The translations under genes and the position numbers were made by a program. Positions 1 to 13,920 of a DNA stretch of 64,000 nt are shown here, one piece after another (position 1 is the first letter of the stretch; each line of letters opens with the position of its first letter). This stretch comes from Moniliella sp. 'wahieum' (Eukaryota). The notes below the pieces were generated by a model. That model ran no database searches. It was not told where the DNA came from and saw nothing but the letters and a program-made list of their open reading frames with translations. The DNA is taken from positions 124,001 to 188,000 of the forward strand of contig RSEE01000010.1 of the NCBI GenBank assembly GCA_003971905.1, given 5' to 3'.

Positions 1-2783
1 GGTAGCAGAGCGGGCCATCAGAAGCATCACCACCAGAGCGAGACAGCTCATCCTCGCCAGCGGACTTCCGACCGCAGGATGGTGGCAACACGCGCTACAC
101 AGCGCCCGCTTCACACACAACCTCATGGCACCCACTCCTCATCCCGAAGGTGAAAAGTCACGGTACGAACGATACAAGGGGCACCCTTACCCGATGCCGA
201 TGCACCCTTCGGAATCCTTGCTTACCTGCATGTCCCCCCCATACAGCGCGACAACAAAATGAGCGCCCGGGCGGAGGAAGCAATGCTGATCGGGTACGAC
301 CATACCAGAGGAAGCAAGGGCTGGCTCTTCTGTGTGTATGACCAGTCCACATCGGCTTTCCGCCCACGATGGGCAAAACCGTACAAGTGGGGCACAACGA
401 TGTACCCTGCTGTGTTCCCCATGCGTTTTGCTACTGACATCTCCACTCGACCGCCGCAACAAATCCAACCGACCCACCCGACCGATCCGACTCCAACAGA
501 AAACTTTAAAAACCAAGCACACAAGAAAACCCTACAAATATGACCCGCAGCAACAACAGACTCGACACCAGACTCGGAACCCACCCCTACCACCACTCCA
601 CTCCCCACCCCACCCCTAACCCCATCCCCACAACCCCCCGCCGCTACCCACACGGGCGAGGCCACCCCCCGGGTCCCCTGGATCTCGCCACCCTACCCAT
701 TGCCGACAATCCGGCCGACACCGACTACCATGCCCACGCAGGCAGAACCCTGGCACCCAATCAGGGACCAAGCCTGTACCCAGCTACCAGGATAGCCACC
801 AAACACGCCCCCATGCAAGGCCTGGCACACCCTCTACCCGACATCCTTACCACCCTTCCTGGATGGCATCGCCCCGCCCGACCACACTGCCATGTCCGCA
901 CTGGCCCACCGGGGCACTCATCCCCCAGTCCAATTCACCAAGGACGGCGTTCCCTTGGCACCAAAAACGATCAAAGGATTGGAACAACACCCTGCATTCA
1001 AGCGTGTTTACAAGCGATGGAGGAAGAAATCACAACCCTTAACAACTTTGACACCTACGAATGTGTGCATGCCCCACCCGGTGCACAGGTCCTCATCGGA
1101 CTCTGGCGCATCACTACTAAGACGGACGCAGATGGAAACTTCCTCCGCTACCGAGCCCGCTGGGTGGCAGGCGGCCACCTCCAGTCCGCGGACACGTGGG
1201 GACAAACCTTCGCCCCTGCAGTTCGTACTCCGGCCATCCTCACCCTCATCGTTTTGGCCGAAAAGTATGGACTTCAAATGTTTTCTGCCGACGTAAACTC
1301 GGCCTACCTAAATGCCCCATTGCAGGAGCAAATTTACATGCGGCCGCCCCCGTATTTCCCCGCTCCTGCAGGCATGGTATGGCGCCTGAAGAAGAGTCTG
1401 TATGGCCTCCACCAATCCGGGGCAAACTGGGCCGGATACATCCGCGACCTTCTATGCCTCCGCCTCGGATTCATTCGGAGCCTCACAGAGCCTTGCCTTT
1501 TCATTCGTACCAGCCAGAAATGCGGAACGATCATGCTGGCGGTGCACACCGACGACCTGGCTATTGCATGCACATCGCACGCCGCATATGAGACGTTCCT
1601 TGCAGAGATCAACACCCACATCAAAGTGCGGGGAAATGGGCCCTGCACTACCACCTTGGATGTCAATACGACCGCATCGCCGGAAACCTTTACCTCTCTC
1701 AACCCAAATTCATCGAGGAAACGGCGGAAAAGTATGGTCTCGCAGGACCAAAGGTGCGCCACTTACCTCACCCCACCCACATGATTCCAGCCAGAACGGA
1801 CCCCGAGCCCCCTGCCACACCCCTTGAACAAAAGGACTATCAGGCCAAGATCGGGTCCGGCCTGTGGGCCGCACGCATGGGTCGTCCGGACGCCCTCTTT
1901 GGCGTTTCCGCTCTGAGCCGGTCCACTGCAGACCCATCCCGAGCCCACCGTGCTGCTGCGTCCGACTTCATCCGCTACCTGTACGGGACGAGGAACTACG
2001 GCCTACGCCTCACCCCCATCCCAGACGCACCGGCCCTGGCATGTACACCGACTCGGACCTAGCGGGGGATCCCGAAGAGGCACGCTCCACATCGGGATGC
2101 ATCCTTTACGTATACGGCGTCCCTGTTTCCTGGCGATCCTTACGACAACCCAAGAGCGTCAACAACACGGCCGCTGCCGAATACACGGCCGGGTTTGAGG
2201 GCTAGTCGACGCCAACTATGTCAAGAACATATTAATCGAGTTGGGTGCCATTGCTGAAGACGAACCCATTCATTGGTACTGCGACAACACAGCAGCTATC
2301 TCTCTCTCTCAAAAAGAGGGCAGTACCGGAAAGATCCGGGAACTACGCATCCGATTCCACAATGTACGACAACATGTGGCATCAGGCGAGACCATCCCCC
2401 ACCATGTGGCCGGCATCGACAACCAGGCCGACATCATCACCAAACCCGTTGGCAGACCCGTCCTCCTCAAGCAGCTCCCGAAGCTTCTCATCGAAGACCT
2501 CGACCAACTCAAGCGTAGCCTAGAGCCTCTGGCCAGCGGGGGTGTTGACCGGGAGGTCCGAGGGCCAATCACCTCTAAGCCACATTGACCTGGTCCCTCT
2601 CACACATCAAACGCGCTGAACGCGCATTCGATCGGACTCGCTCGGGCCTCAGACTGGTCTAGCGCCCGAGCCGTTTCTTCTTTCTTCTTCTTCTTCTTTT
2701 TCTTCATCTCCTTTTCTTCCTGTCCTGGGCCTAGTCCCGCATCCTGTCTTCGAACCATCACCTTCAGCCTCTGTTGTCCATCA
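1..2783 (+). mobile_element. Ty1/copia LTR retrotransposon, 3' part (integrase C-terminus, RT, RNase H, PPT, 3' LTR); 5' part lies outside the window
   Basis: Integrase C-terminal 'KMSARAEEAMLIGYD..SKGW' (~255-330). RT motifs 'YRARWVAGGHLQ', 'DVNSAYLNAPLQEQIYMRPP', 'VWRLKKSLYGLHQSG', 'LAVHTDDL'. RNase H motifs 'YTDSDLAGD..RSTSG', 'WYCDNTAAI', 'NQADIITKP'. Domain order IN-RT-RH is the copia order. Several frameshifts. Confidence 0.95.
2543..2783 (+). repeat. Probable 3' LTR of the first copia element
   Basis: TGTTG begins right after the purine tract AGCGGGGG (PPT). The end at ...TCCATCA (2783) is a guess because the 5' LTR is not in the window. Confidence 0.55.
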
Positions 2784-4502
2784 GATTTGCTGGGAGACGT
2801 AGGCCAATAAACGTTGACCGTCGAACGTTGCCGGCGTGCAGCGGCACGAGATTGTCATCGATCATCGGTGTATGCCTGAGAGGGTGCGTCAGTACTCAGT
2901 AGAAGTAAATCGCGTTCCTTTGCGCTTTGCCAAGCTGCTAGCTTCAAGCTTGGCAAGTAGTCACACGTGTCGCGTCAGCGTCACGTCCCCGCTCAAGTGA
3001 GTTGAACACGTGGAACGTGGAGTACGTTGACGTTGACGTGGAACGTTGACTAAACCTGTTGGCCAGCTGACCGCTGGCAGGGACAGTGGACCTGGCGACT
3101 GAGCGATGGCGGCCTCGTGTGGGTAGCACTTGTGATCCTGGGGTGATGGAATGATTAAGGGGCTTGCATATGGAGACGAGCAATGTGATACACATGGAGA
3201 CATGGGGTGGAGGGGTGGAGGGCGGGCGGGAGAGGATCGACAGGAGGGTCCAGGCGTGGGTGGGTAAACAAGCAGATCCCAGTGTCGCATGCAAATGTGG
3301 AAATGACGGGGTGGAGGCCATGTTGGGTTGGATCCTGCCAAGCCGTGTGGGCGCACGCGGTGGATGCGGGTGCAGCGGCTGTGTGGCGACGAGCGCCACG
3401 GAGAGCTGGAATGGGCAACAAGCATCGAATATCGATCCCATGCATCGGCGCATCAGCAGCATCAGCAGCATCAGCAGCCATTAATCATTCGCCATTAAGC
3501 TTTGCGTGCAGCAGAGCCGCCTGGCGCTGCGAGCCGCTTCCCCTCGCATCGCTCTGCTGGCGTGGCAGGCGACAATTTCGAACGCAAACACACAGTGTGC
3601 TGGCGGTGTGCGGCTGGTGCCAGTCGCCCAGGGCCAAGACTGCCTGCTGGAGCGGCGCCGACGATCAGTGATCGATGATCGATCGATGAGGGGGGCTTGG
3701 CAGTGCCATCCATGGCATGGTGGCATGCCCGCGGCCACTCGCGCCGCGCCCGCCCAGCCCGCCGCCCCATGCCCACTGCAGACCATCGTGCCGCTCCTGG
3801 CCGCTCTGGCCGCTCCCAGCTCGCATCCCAGGCCTCCGCGGCGCCGCGCCGCACCCGTGCCACGCCATGGCGCGGCGCAGCACCAGTGTGCCTGCGGGCT
3901 GTTGCGCGGCACCGCCAGGCACGGCTGGGCGCGGCGCTGGGCGGCTGCTCCCTGGCTGCCCCCTTGCGGCTGCTGCTGCTGCTCCCTGCAGCTGGGGCGT
4001 TATCGATGGGCGATTGGCGATAATTATCGGACGCAGCGCATTTGCACCGCCCGTGGCTGCTGTGTGGTGCGGCCTCAGCCTGCGCACGCACCAGCCCACT
4101 GTGCGCGCGGCGGTGCTGAGTACTGGAGTACAGAGTGGTTGAATCTTGCATGCTCAGTTGGCTGGGCGATTGAACATTGCAGTGTGCGCCCGAATGGCAG
4201 CAGCCCACTGCCACTTGCCGTCGCCGTCGCCGCCACCCATCCCGCCCGCGCCACAACCAGCCCATCTCGCCCCCACTCTCGCCCCCCCCTCTGACACCCG
4301 CCAGCCTCTGCGCCTCCCGCGTCCCATCCCTCCCACCACCACCACCACCTCCTCTCCTCCTCCGCCCCTCCCCCCCCCTCCCCCCCCCCCCCCCCCCCAT
4401 GTCCGCCGCCCCCGCCCCACCGGTGCCCCCGCGCACCCGCCCCTCGACCCGTCCCCTCGTCCTCCTCCCACTCCTCCCTCCTCGCCCACGCCGCCGACCC
4501 CC

Positions 4503-6681
4503 ATGACCACGACATCCATCTCCGCGGACGCCTCTCCGACCTGTTTGCACGCGCCCCCGACCTGTGCCGCTCCCTCGGCATTGCTCCTCCTGTTGACTTC
4601 CCCTCCCAGGGCGCCGGCGTCGACAGCGAGTTCTGCATTGCCTCCCCCATCTGGAGCAAGCAGCCGTTCAAGGTGCTCTACTTGTCTACTTTGGCGTGTC
4701 CCTCGGCATGATCCAGATCCCCTGGTGGTGCCTCAGCTCCCTCCCTCGCTCTGGCCGCGGCCACCGCACCTGGTCCTGGCGCCGCGCCTTGCTCGTCAAG
4801 ATTTACCAGAACGGAAGCAGCATGACCTTCCGCACCCACTTCAACCTCGGTCGCGATCTGACCCGCGCCGTGCCCCACTCCGCCACCAACGGCAAGTTTG
4901 CCTGGCTCAATCAGCTCCCGCTCTCCCAGGCGCCCGGCGAGATTAGTCGGTGCTTTGCGCTGCAGGGCCTGCAATGGTCCGACAAGGTGCCTGGCTTTTG
5001 GTTTGGCGACCACCGCTGTACCGGCGGCTGTCGCCCCGGCTTCCGCAGCAAGGTCATCCGTACCATCCAGCGCACCTCCACTCTCGGTTCCCGCCCGGCA
5101 CCAGAAGAGTTGCAGGAGCACAGTCTCCGTCCGGAGCAGCAGGGATGTGGGGCATGTTTGCGCGCGCCGGGCCAGACGAGCCTGTGCTGCTGCACTTTCA
5201 CGGTGGTGCCTACTGGATCGGCACCTCGCACGAACAAGACTTTACCAGCAGTGTCACCCACGAAGCGCTCGCTGCTCTCCACCGTCTCTATGCACAGCAA
5301 GATGCCGCGCCGGCGGGCGAGGCTAAAGGTCGTCCGGAGCGCCAACGCGTTCACCGTACATTTAGCGTCGACTCGTCTGTGCATGCCCAATCGTCCCCAC
5401 TTGGGATCTTGGCCTGCACCACTGCTCGATGGCGTCTCGAGTTACCTCTACCTCGTCCGCGATATGGGATTCAAACCCAAGAACATCATCGTCGTCGGCG
5501 ACTCGGCAGGAGGCAACCTGGCGCTCGCATTGTGCCGGTACCTGCGGGATGAGAAGTTGGAAGAAGTCCCGGGGCGGTACGTATCCCCCCCCCCATACAC
5601 ACTCACGTTGAGCTTCTGTACTGACGTCTGCTGGGCTGGATTTAGTCTGCTTCTTTTGGCGCCGTGGGCCGACGTGTCGCGCTCGCATTCGGGGCCGTTG
5701 AATGCGCCCAACCCGCAATCGAGTGTGCATCTGAACCGGAAATCGGACATTATCCATCCGTCGAAAGAGTACCGCAACACGGCCGTGTCGACGCTGTTGG
5801 GCAACTTGCCCGCCAGCGAAGCCTACACCAAACCCCTACCTCTCCCCTGCGTCGTTACAGTTGCCGCGGGACAAGGGCGGCATGGGCCCGCACTATGGCT
5901 TTGAAGGTTTCCCAGCCAAAGTCTTCATTACTACAGGTACAGCCGAAGTGTCCTACGACCAACACGTAACACTTGCCACACGCATGGCCATGGGAACCAC
6001 ACACCACCGCCCCCTCTACCTCGGCGACAAGTGCTGTCAACGTCTCGACCCGGTCCAGCTCGCCGAACGACCTTCTTACCCCCGCCCCCTTAGGTCTACC
6101 TTGGACTTGGCTTCGATGGCCGCGAGTCAGACCAGTCTCGGCTGGCCCGGTATGCCAGCTACCACCCCGCCCACACCAGGGTGGGACTTGGACCTGTCCC
6201 GGTCCATGTCTCCAATGGAGTATGTGGACGATAAGTTGCATCCACCTGTGCGGGGCGACCGTATGGACCGCATAGGCCGTATGGACCGTGTGGACCTTAC
6301 CTCCTCCACTGACTCGCTCAAGGCCCCTTTGCCCCGATCACCTGTACCCCTCACACCCTCCGTGTCGCCCGGTATGGAAACGGGAACCGAGCCGGGAACC
6401 GAGCCGGGACCGAACCGGGGACCGAGGCAGGCACAGACCTCGGGACGGAACCGGGTGACGCGCCACCCGCCACCGTACCTGCGCACCACCACATTTCCCA
6501 TGGTCATGCCATGGCGCATGCACATGCCCATGCTCGCCTGCCCCGCGCACATCCCCTCGAAGATCGCTCGGTCGTCTTTCATGAAGCCGTCGGTGCCGTG
6601 CACGAGTACTTACTCTTCGATTGGTTCGAGCCAGAACGGTCTCGTACCTGGGACGAGATTGCTCGGTGGATCGATGCGTGA
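4503..6681 (+). CDS. Alpha/beta hydrolase, GDXG/hormone-sensitive-lipase-like esterase (one intron ~5577-5645; indel-broken)
   Basis: 'VLLHFHGGAYWIG' (HGG motif), 'NIIVVGDSAGGNLALAL' (catalytic Ser), 'LLLLAPWAD', 'VFITTGTAEV' and C-terminal 'GAVHEYLLFDWFEPER..WIDA*', spread across frames. Confidence 0.9.
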
Positions 6682-7987
6682 GCCGACGGGAGGTGCCAAC
6701 CCTCACCCACACCCACACCCACACGCTGACGCAGACTCCTGGCCCCCTTACAGACAACAAGGGAGTAAGAGCGTAGCGCGTCATGCGTGGTGTGGACCTT
6801 TTCCCTCATTTCCCCTCCTATCATCCTACCCTCCTACCCTCGTGCTTTCGGGCCTGCTTCGCTGCTTCCCTCCCCACGGACTCTTCCACGTTCTTGCCTT
6901 TTTTGTATTTGCTTTGTTCGGCAGCGTACGTTTTCTTTCATTCGCTTTTGCTCTCGCTCTCGCTTTTGCTCTCGCAGCTTCTTTTTTCGTCCCGGTTTGG
7001 TTCGGTTCGGTTCGGTTCGGTTCGCATGCGCTACACTCCCCCCTTCCCTCCTTACACCGACCTGATGTTGATGGTTTTTCTTGCCCCTGAGGCGCCTGAT
7101 GGCTTTTTCCTGCTCGTGAGGGCGTTCCCTGAGGGCGTTCCTCGCACATTGGAGGCGGCGGCGGGGGGGGATGGTTAGAACCTACCTCTCGCCCTCATTC
7201 GCCTCGTTTATTCTCTGAATAATTTCTCCCCTACCAACGTGCCAACGTAGATATACACTTGGTCCACCCGGCTCCCCCTCCCTCCCCCTCCCTCCCCCTC
7301 CTCCCCATTCCATTCCATTCCATTCCATTCCATTCCATTCGGTTCGGTTCTGGTCCATTCCTTGCCATTTCTTGTTCAATATTCACATTCGCTCATCCTA
7401 TCCGTTCCTGTTTTCTCCCCTCTGTTAAACACTAAACGCTAAACGGGAAGCTGGAAGCTTCAGTGAAACGTTTTTACCTGCCTCCGAACGCGAAACTGCG
7501 TACTGCGTACTTGGTACTTGGTACTTGGTACTTGGTACTCGGATCGAACCGGTTCCATCTGGTATTACAATACTACACCGTGACTGACGTGACGTGACGT
7601 GACCGTCGTAGTCTCCGGCTGGGGTTTGGATCAAGATCATTGAAGGTACAGTGTTGGCCATCTTGCATCAGTAGTCAGTAGTCACTGATGTTGAATCCTT
7701 GGTGTGCTGAAGCGAATCTGTTTCGCCCTCGTAAGATGAGGCCTGAGGCTCCACTCAGCGCTCACTAGTAGCTCATTAGCTCCCTATAGCTCGAAATAGT
7801 CACTATTAGTCACGGTCTTTCCCACTCAGTCATGCGCAAACACTTGAACGTTCGCATGGGGTTCCTTCTTCCCAAGATGCATATTACGACCTTGCTCCCT
7901 CCCCACTCGACGAAACCATGATTCCCATCTTGCATCAGCACATCAGCATCATTATGAACCTTGGTGGTTTACTACCCCACTCGAACG

Positions 7988-8285
7988 TGTAGTAGGCGGA
8001 GTCGGACGGACTCCTAAGGCCTATAATCGGTAACCGAAGAGGAAGAGCTGTCTCAAGTAACTAGTAACCGCCACTTGCGACTCCGGAGGTAAAGGGAGAA
8101 AGCTTAACGAGAAAGGAGAGGCGAGAGAAAGTAGTAGGTACGGAGATGATCTAATATCTAGCCCTCCACTGGCTCAGCCCTGAGGGGCAGAGAACATATA
8201 AGGAAGAGTCGGACAAGATCTAAGACGCAGTAGTATGAAATAGGTGGGTCATGTGTCGAATGTGCTGTGGCACCGAGACTTAACA
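7988..8285. repeat. Solo-LTR-like relic related to the LTRs at 50930 and 61495
   Basis: AGGGGCAGAGAACATATAAGGAAGAGTCGGA (~8183-8213) resembles AGGGGCAGAACATAGGGGAGAGTCGGA in the LTR. Both are preceded by a GA-rich tract and GATCTA. TG...CA limits are possible but no TSD was found. Confidence 0.4.
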
Positions 8286-8881
8286 GTAGAAGGGAAGCTT
8301 ACGACGTTGAGCCACCGGGTGGCTCGGACTTTGGCCAAAACGTCCCTTCAGTTCCTCCTCAGACCTAGGAGTTCCGATGTCTTCTCTCTCCTGAGGCCTA
8401 CTGAGACTGTTTTCCTTGTTTCGCAGCTTTTAGCCCCTGGTCCGACTCGTTGCTTGATGTTTACGTTCCTCTGTAGCATGTAGGCGTTGCTGGTTGGCTT
8501 AGACCACCGCTACCACCACCACCAGTGCGATTGTATCACCCTCGAGGACGATCCAGACTCCAGGTCTCATCATATGGCCGTGGAGAGAAGACAAGAGAGG
8601 AAGCGAACATAGCAGCTCAAAGGGAAGGGAAAGCGCAGGCGCGCGGTCAGGGCACTGTGGCCTAGTACCAGTAGTTCCAGCTCCACACAGGGTCGGTGTA
8701 GGACAGCCTGTCAGATGTCACATGTCACATGCCACATGTCACAGGCCACCTCTGTGGTGCAACGTGGCACTCGCCCTACTCCGCCGTCGCCTTCCTCACA
8801 TGTCACAAGAGCCCCCCCGTAGATTTTTAATCCCGGGGCGCACTCGATAACAAAGTGCTGCCACTATCTTGTGCTTGCCGC

Positions 8882-11525
8882 ATGCCGAGTCCTCTGCCGT
8901 TCGAAATTGTCTTCCAGGTCGCCACCACCGGGGTGCTCGACCCGCACGACCTGGTCCACATGTCGCGGTGCAGCAAAGGTACGTCTGTCTCCCTTGACAA
9001 GAAGGACTTGAAACCCGTGCCCTGGTTCCGTTTCTGACCGTGCTGAGGAGGGCAGCGTGGCACACCGCCTTGGACGGGGAGGTGATGTGGCATCGACTTG
9101 CGGTAAAGTTGCTCCATCTCCTTCACTTCGAATGGAGCTGTCGGATGCCGCTGTGCATGTTGGATTCGATACGCCCATTCCCCGCACATGGAAGGGGCTA
9201 GTGGTCGCAGCCGAGTTGCTGGAGGAAGAATTTGGTTGGACGCTGACTGGTCGTCCAATTTCGCGTACAACCCCCGAGCAAGATGGTTCTGCTTTGCTTC
9301 TGTCTGCTTCTGCTTCTGCTTTTGCTTTTGCTTCTGCTTCTGCTTCTGCTTCTGCTTCTGCTTCCCATGGGGTAGCCGAGTTGCTGGCTGAAGAATTTGT
9401 TTGGGCGCTGACTGGTCGTCCGATTTCGCGTACAACCCCCGAGCAAGATGGTTCTGCTTCTGCTTCTGCTTTTGCTTTTGCTTCTGCTTCTGCGTCTGCT
9501 TCTGCTTCTGCTTCTGCCCCTGCTTCTGCTTCTGCTTCTGCCCTTGCTTCTGCTTCTGCTTCTGCCCCTGCTTCTGCTTCTGCTTCTGCCCTGCTTCTGC
9601 TTCTGCTTCTGCCCTTGCTTCTGCTTCTGCTTCTGCCCCTGCTTCTGCTTCTGCTTCTGCTTCTGCTTCTGCTTCCCATGGGGTAGCCAACACGGAGGCG
9701 ATGCTTGTAACTGAAGAGACAGTCAAGCAACTGCCAAAGTTGACCCTCTTTCTTTGCCCTGTACTCAATTCGGTGCGATGCTGGCGTGCATTGAAATGAA
9801 CGAATCTTACCAAGGCGATTGTATGATTCCCACTTTAGAGGATCGAATTTGTCCAACTGGGGATGAGGAGGAGGAGGCCATCTCTCAGTACCGGCCCAAA
9901 CAGCCCGACGTCCACTTATGCGGAGAAGCATGGCCACGCAAAGGATTGTTTGTGGGGCGCTGGGCATCAGGTTCGTCCCTTTTCCTCCCTTGTGCATCTG
10001 CACATATGTATACGCCTCTGACGATCCATGATCCCGGTCACACCAGATTCGAATTACCAGGGCGACCGATGGCTCGTGTATAGAATGCATCAATGCCAAG
10101 AGAATCCTTATAAGCCCTCAAATGGCCGTATCGATGACACTGCCTATCGCACAGTGGCCATACCTATTGCGCAGGGTTCATTTGTGTATTGCCGAGAAAC
10201 AGGGGACATGCGTACATCCTGTGCGTATAGGGGTTGCCTCAACTGTTGTGGGGTAATGGTTGTATTGACGCTCCTCCTTTCCTTGCAGCCATTTACCGTT
10301 GGATCCTCTGCCCCACCAAGACAATTTGGCGAAGCTGCAGACGATCAACTGGGATACAGCTACGGTTGGAGAACCGCTTGAACTCAAGATCCCCAGCACG
10401 TGTCCCAATTCGTTCTACGTCGATGGACCATGGATTTATCTATGGACGTGCGATTATTCCAATCGCCAAGACGTGTGGCAGGTGCACAACCGATTCTCCG
10501 GCCCTAAGTGTCTCTACTCGCTCGAGGATCTTTTGGCTCTACAGAGTGGCAGTGACCCCAACGTGCCTGTCACCCACTTCCGGCTGGATGGAATCCTCTT
10601 GCCCGAGAGCACTGCTCATCTTGCGCACTATAAGCCCGATCAAGAGCAACCGCACGATCTGTTCTTCATCTCCTTTACGGCCTGCCCAGACTCGGAAAGC
10701 TGGGCTTTTCTCTTGGGCGAGAAGACCAGGGAGTCGGAGGATGGCTCAGAGCCATGCCGGACTCGTCTGGTCGTCGTGAAGAATTTCAAAGGCCTTTTTG
10801 CTTCGCATCAGTCGACGGCATCCCTCTGGGTTTTCACCGTGGACGTGGACTATCTCATCGAGTCAGACCATCACGATTACCACCGTGAGTATGTGACCAA
10901 TGATCCTGATCGAACGCTGTGCAGATTTGTGGCACCCGTTCGGCACCCTGCCTTGGCCGATGGTCGAGCCTTCCTTCCCTCGACCGCCTCTTGCTGGCGA
11001 TACACCGTGGATAAAGCGGGGCACGTGAGTTACACACTAATCACTCGGTTCATGGTGGACCATGCTCATATGATTAAAGTCGGGTGTCTTCAGATCAATC
11101 TGCTGGACTGGAAGCACGCTCGCTCCGCGTCCGACGTACGCGTCTTGGCTTCTTTGCCTCTCCGTCCCATCCGCCTCGACCAGGACGGCCCAGCCCGGTT
11201 GGTGGGGAAAGACCTCCGCGTGCCTGGTCCATTAAATTCCCCAACCAGTAAGATGCTCAACATCTTGCCCGGCGCCCTTGCGATGGGCTCATCGCTCTTA
11301 TCCTCCACGGGGCTGCTGGTCTTCCTCGATTCCCAATGGGACGACTTGCTCCACAGTGTTACTACAAACCTTCGCTTCTCGTATGCCTATTCTGGTTTTT
11401 CCGACCCGTCAGAGACCATTGAAGAGTATGCCAAGGAACTGGGTGAGGACTGGGACGCCCAGTTATCCATGGCCTTCCTGTGGGATTGGGGCCGACGCGC
11501 GCGCGATTGGTTGAAGGACCACTGA
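8882..11525 (+). CDS. F-box domain protein with an internal duplicated (Ser-Ala)n module (intron 8979-9056)
   Basis: The spliced N-terminus MPSPLPFEIVFQVATTGVLDPHDLVHMSRCSK|AWHTALDGEVMWHRL fits the F-box pattern. A long downstream ORF runs 10299-11525. Confidence 0.75.
9209..9684 (+). repeat. Tandem duplication (165 bp + ~311 bp units) containing a (TGCTTC)n microsatellite
   Basis: AGCCGAGTTGCTGG...CAAGATGGTTCTGCT occurs at 9209 and 9374. Each unit ends in TCCCATGGGGT. Confidence 0.95.
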
Positions 11526-11928
11526 AGGTCGTCGCATCAGCTGCCGTATGGACGGTCTGGAGGGGCGACATACCAAAATCGATGATTATTATAGAAACGT
11601 GGAGGCTGTCCAACAGGGACTAAGAGCTGGTAGGCGTTGCGCTCTCTCTCCGAACGTGTAGGGCTCTGGATTTCACAGAAGAGAGTACTCCTGCGAAAGT
11701 CACCATGGTACTGGCCAAGACAGACTAGTAAGCTCGGCTGGTACTGCACGCGAACTGCTAGTGCGATTGCATCCCCCTCGAGGGCCATCCGTCCTCTAGG
11801 TGTAACATGTAATTGCTGGCCACAGGAATGGCGTATGGCCACACAGACAACGCCAGAGAGATTTCAACTTTCAAGCCAAGCACCGGGCGGAGGCACGTGT
11901 GCTTACGTACTCGGCTGGATTCCGCCGC

Positions 11929-13830
11929 GATGTTTCAGCTGGTCTTCCTGCTTTTGGTTGCCCAGCACCCCCGCACGGCCGGCCGAGGGCGCCGCCACCA
12001 TCCTCTCGCGCTCCTCGTCGGCCATGCGGGCGGCGCAATGCTTGCGCGCACGCATCCCCCCCGCCTCGTGGACACGGGGTACATTAAACAGTCCTTTCTC
12101 TCCGTCCCGCAAAAACTACAACTCACGTACCCCGGCCGCGCTCCCGACGCCGAACGCGTCTTGGCCCAGGCCGAGCAGCGCTTCGAACACAGCTTGTCAA
12201 TGCAGGTCCTGGCGGCGCCGATGGAAAAGGACATCTTGTCAGGATTGACTGCCCCTCGTTCCCTCCATCTTCCGCTCACATTTTTGGCCGTGTCGAAGCG
12301 TCTCGAACCGCCCGCGGCGGCGACAGCGGCGGCAGCAGCAGCGCAGAAAGCAGAGAGGGATGAAGTGGATGAGGAGCAGGAGTCGGACGACGCGGAAAAA
12401 GGGGATGAGGATGCATCCTCTCCGGCCGTTTGGGATGCCGATCAACCTGACCCCTTTAATCCCATGATTTTAGGGGAGAATAAGAGGGCCCGAAAGCTTA
12501 AGGCCGCAGCTGCGGCAGCTGCGCTGGCGGTCCAAAACCCTGACAAGCCATGGAAGGCACCTGAACCCGTGCTCAAAGGACGAGCTAAGAGGAGAGAAGT
12601 GCTGGAGAATGGAGAACGACGCTTCCTCACTGACCCCCTCGAAACACGCCGGTTGCGTTTGTCGCGTGCACGCAGGACCGTGGTCCAAGCTACGCATGCG
12701 GCTCGTGAGGCTCGGGCTTGGACTGTGTCGTACGAGGTCCTCCTCGTCCCTCAGCTCTCCTTTGCTGCTGCTGCCCCTAGGGAGGAGCTCGACGCCTGGC
12801 CGCCCCCACTACATCCCGACATGTACTTCCCCATACCAAGCGGGATTGGATTTTCCTTCACCCCGCATTTGTTGGTGCGATTCTTGACACCAGTACGCTC
12901 CTCTCCGTTCTCGTTTCTTTGGTCCGGTCCGCACAGTACTGATACACTTCCCCACCCTCTTCTCCCTTCTTTTGTCTTTCTCCAGAGGCCACCTTCAGTG
13001 CCACCCTACTTGCCTACAATATATCCCCCGGGCAGGAAGGTTCCGACCGCAATGCGCCGAAACATGTCAAATCGTCGATCGGGCTGTACATTTCGACCCT
13101 AGAGCGCTGGACACGCGGCACACCCTTGGGTCCCACCCAGCCCATGGTTGGCGAGGAAGACCCCTGGATGGACCGACCACTACGTCTGCCCGTGTGTGCG
13201 ATCGCAGCCGAAGCACCGGAAAGCGCCATCCGGGAAAAAATCACGTTCCACATCCCGTTCAACCTGACACACCTGTGCCATGCGTCGTTGCAAGCCGAGG
13301 TCTTGGTAGCTGCCGGTTGGACGGCGGCCCAAGTGTTTGCCCTCTTCCCGCTCTTGGCACCGAAGGACCCAGCAGCCCTGCCCCCTGCTTCGGAGGAAGA
13401 AACCGACCCGGATGCCCAGCCCTCCGGCTTGCGCGCATCCCGCGACAGCGCCGACATGGATGGCGAGGCGCCCCCAGCCGATCTGGTTGGTAGCGATCGC
13501 GTCGCTGCGGCTTCAGCGGGATTTGCCCCTGAGCACCTGGACGAACTGCGCCAGTTGCTCGATACATCCGGTATCCTACCCGACGGATCTGAATCCAAGG
13601 GCCAGGGCTTCTCTCCGGCCGTGCTGGCGGCCATCCGTGACCGGGCGGCTGCCCTCGTGGCTGCGCACGACCGACAGGACCCGCCCGCGCCCGCGCCGGC
13701 TGAGGACCAAGCCAACCCCATCCTCCTCCGCCGCCTGCCGCGGACGGAATCGGTGGCGGTTCATCTGTGGCGTCTGATGGTGTGGCGCCATCAGCCGTTT
13801 GAGGCGGAGGGGTCGTTGCTCGACTACTGA
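11929..13830 (+). CDS. Hypothetical protein, weak resemblance to fungal RRG8-like mitochondrial proteins (intron ~12893-12985); start uncertain
   Basis: Two long protein-like ORFs (11813-13102 and 13126-13830) and a canonical intron. Motifs 'QVLAAPMEKDILSG..PRSL' and C-terminal 'VAVHLWRL'; the family link is from memory only. Confidence 0.55.
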
Positions 13831-13920
13831 TTAATGCTTGGGCATGGTTAAGATCTAAGATCGCATGAGCGGCTCTGGGGGTGAGGTGGGGAAGTAGGGA
13901 GGTAGTTGTAGCGTGGGTTG

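Noticed and set aside
2944..4500. Long overlapping ORFs upstream of the hydrolase
   Set aside because: Low-complexity, GC-rich shadow ORFs with no domain motifs.
6996..7605. GGTTC, CATTC, ACTTGGT and GTGAC microsatellites as a functional array
   Set aside because: Similar short stutters occur throughout the intergenic DNA of this window and look like ordinary slippage.
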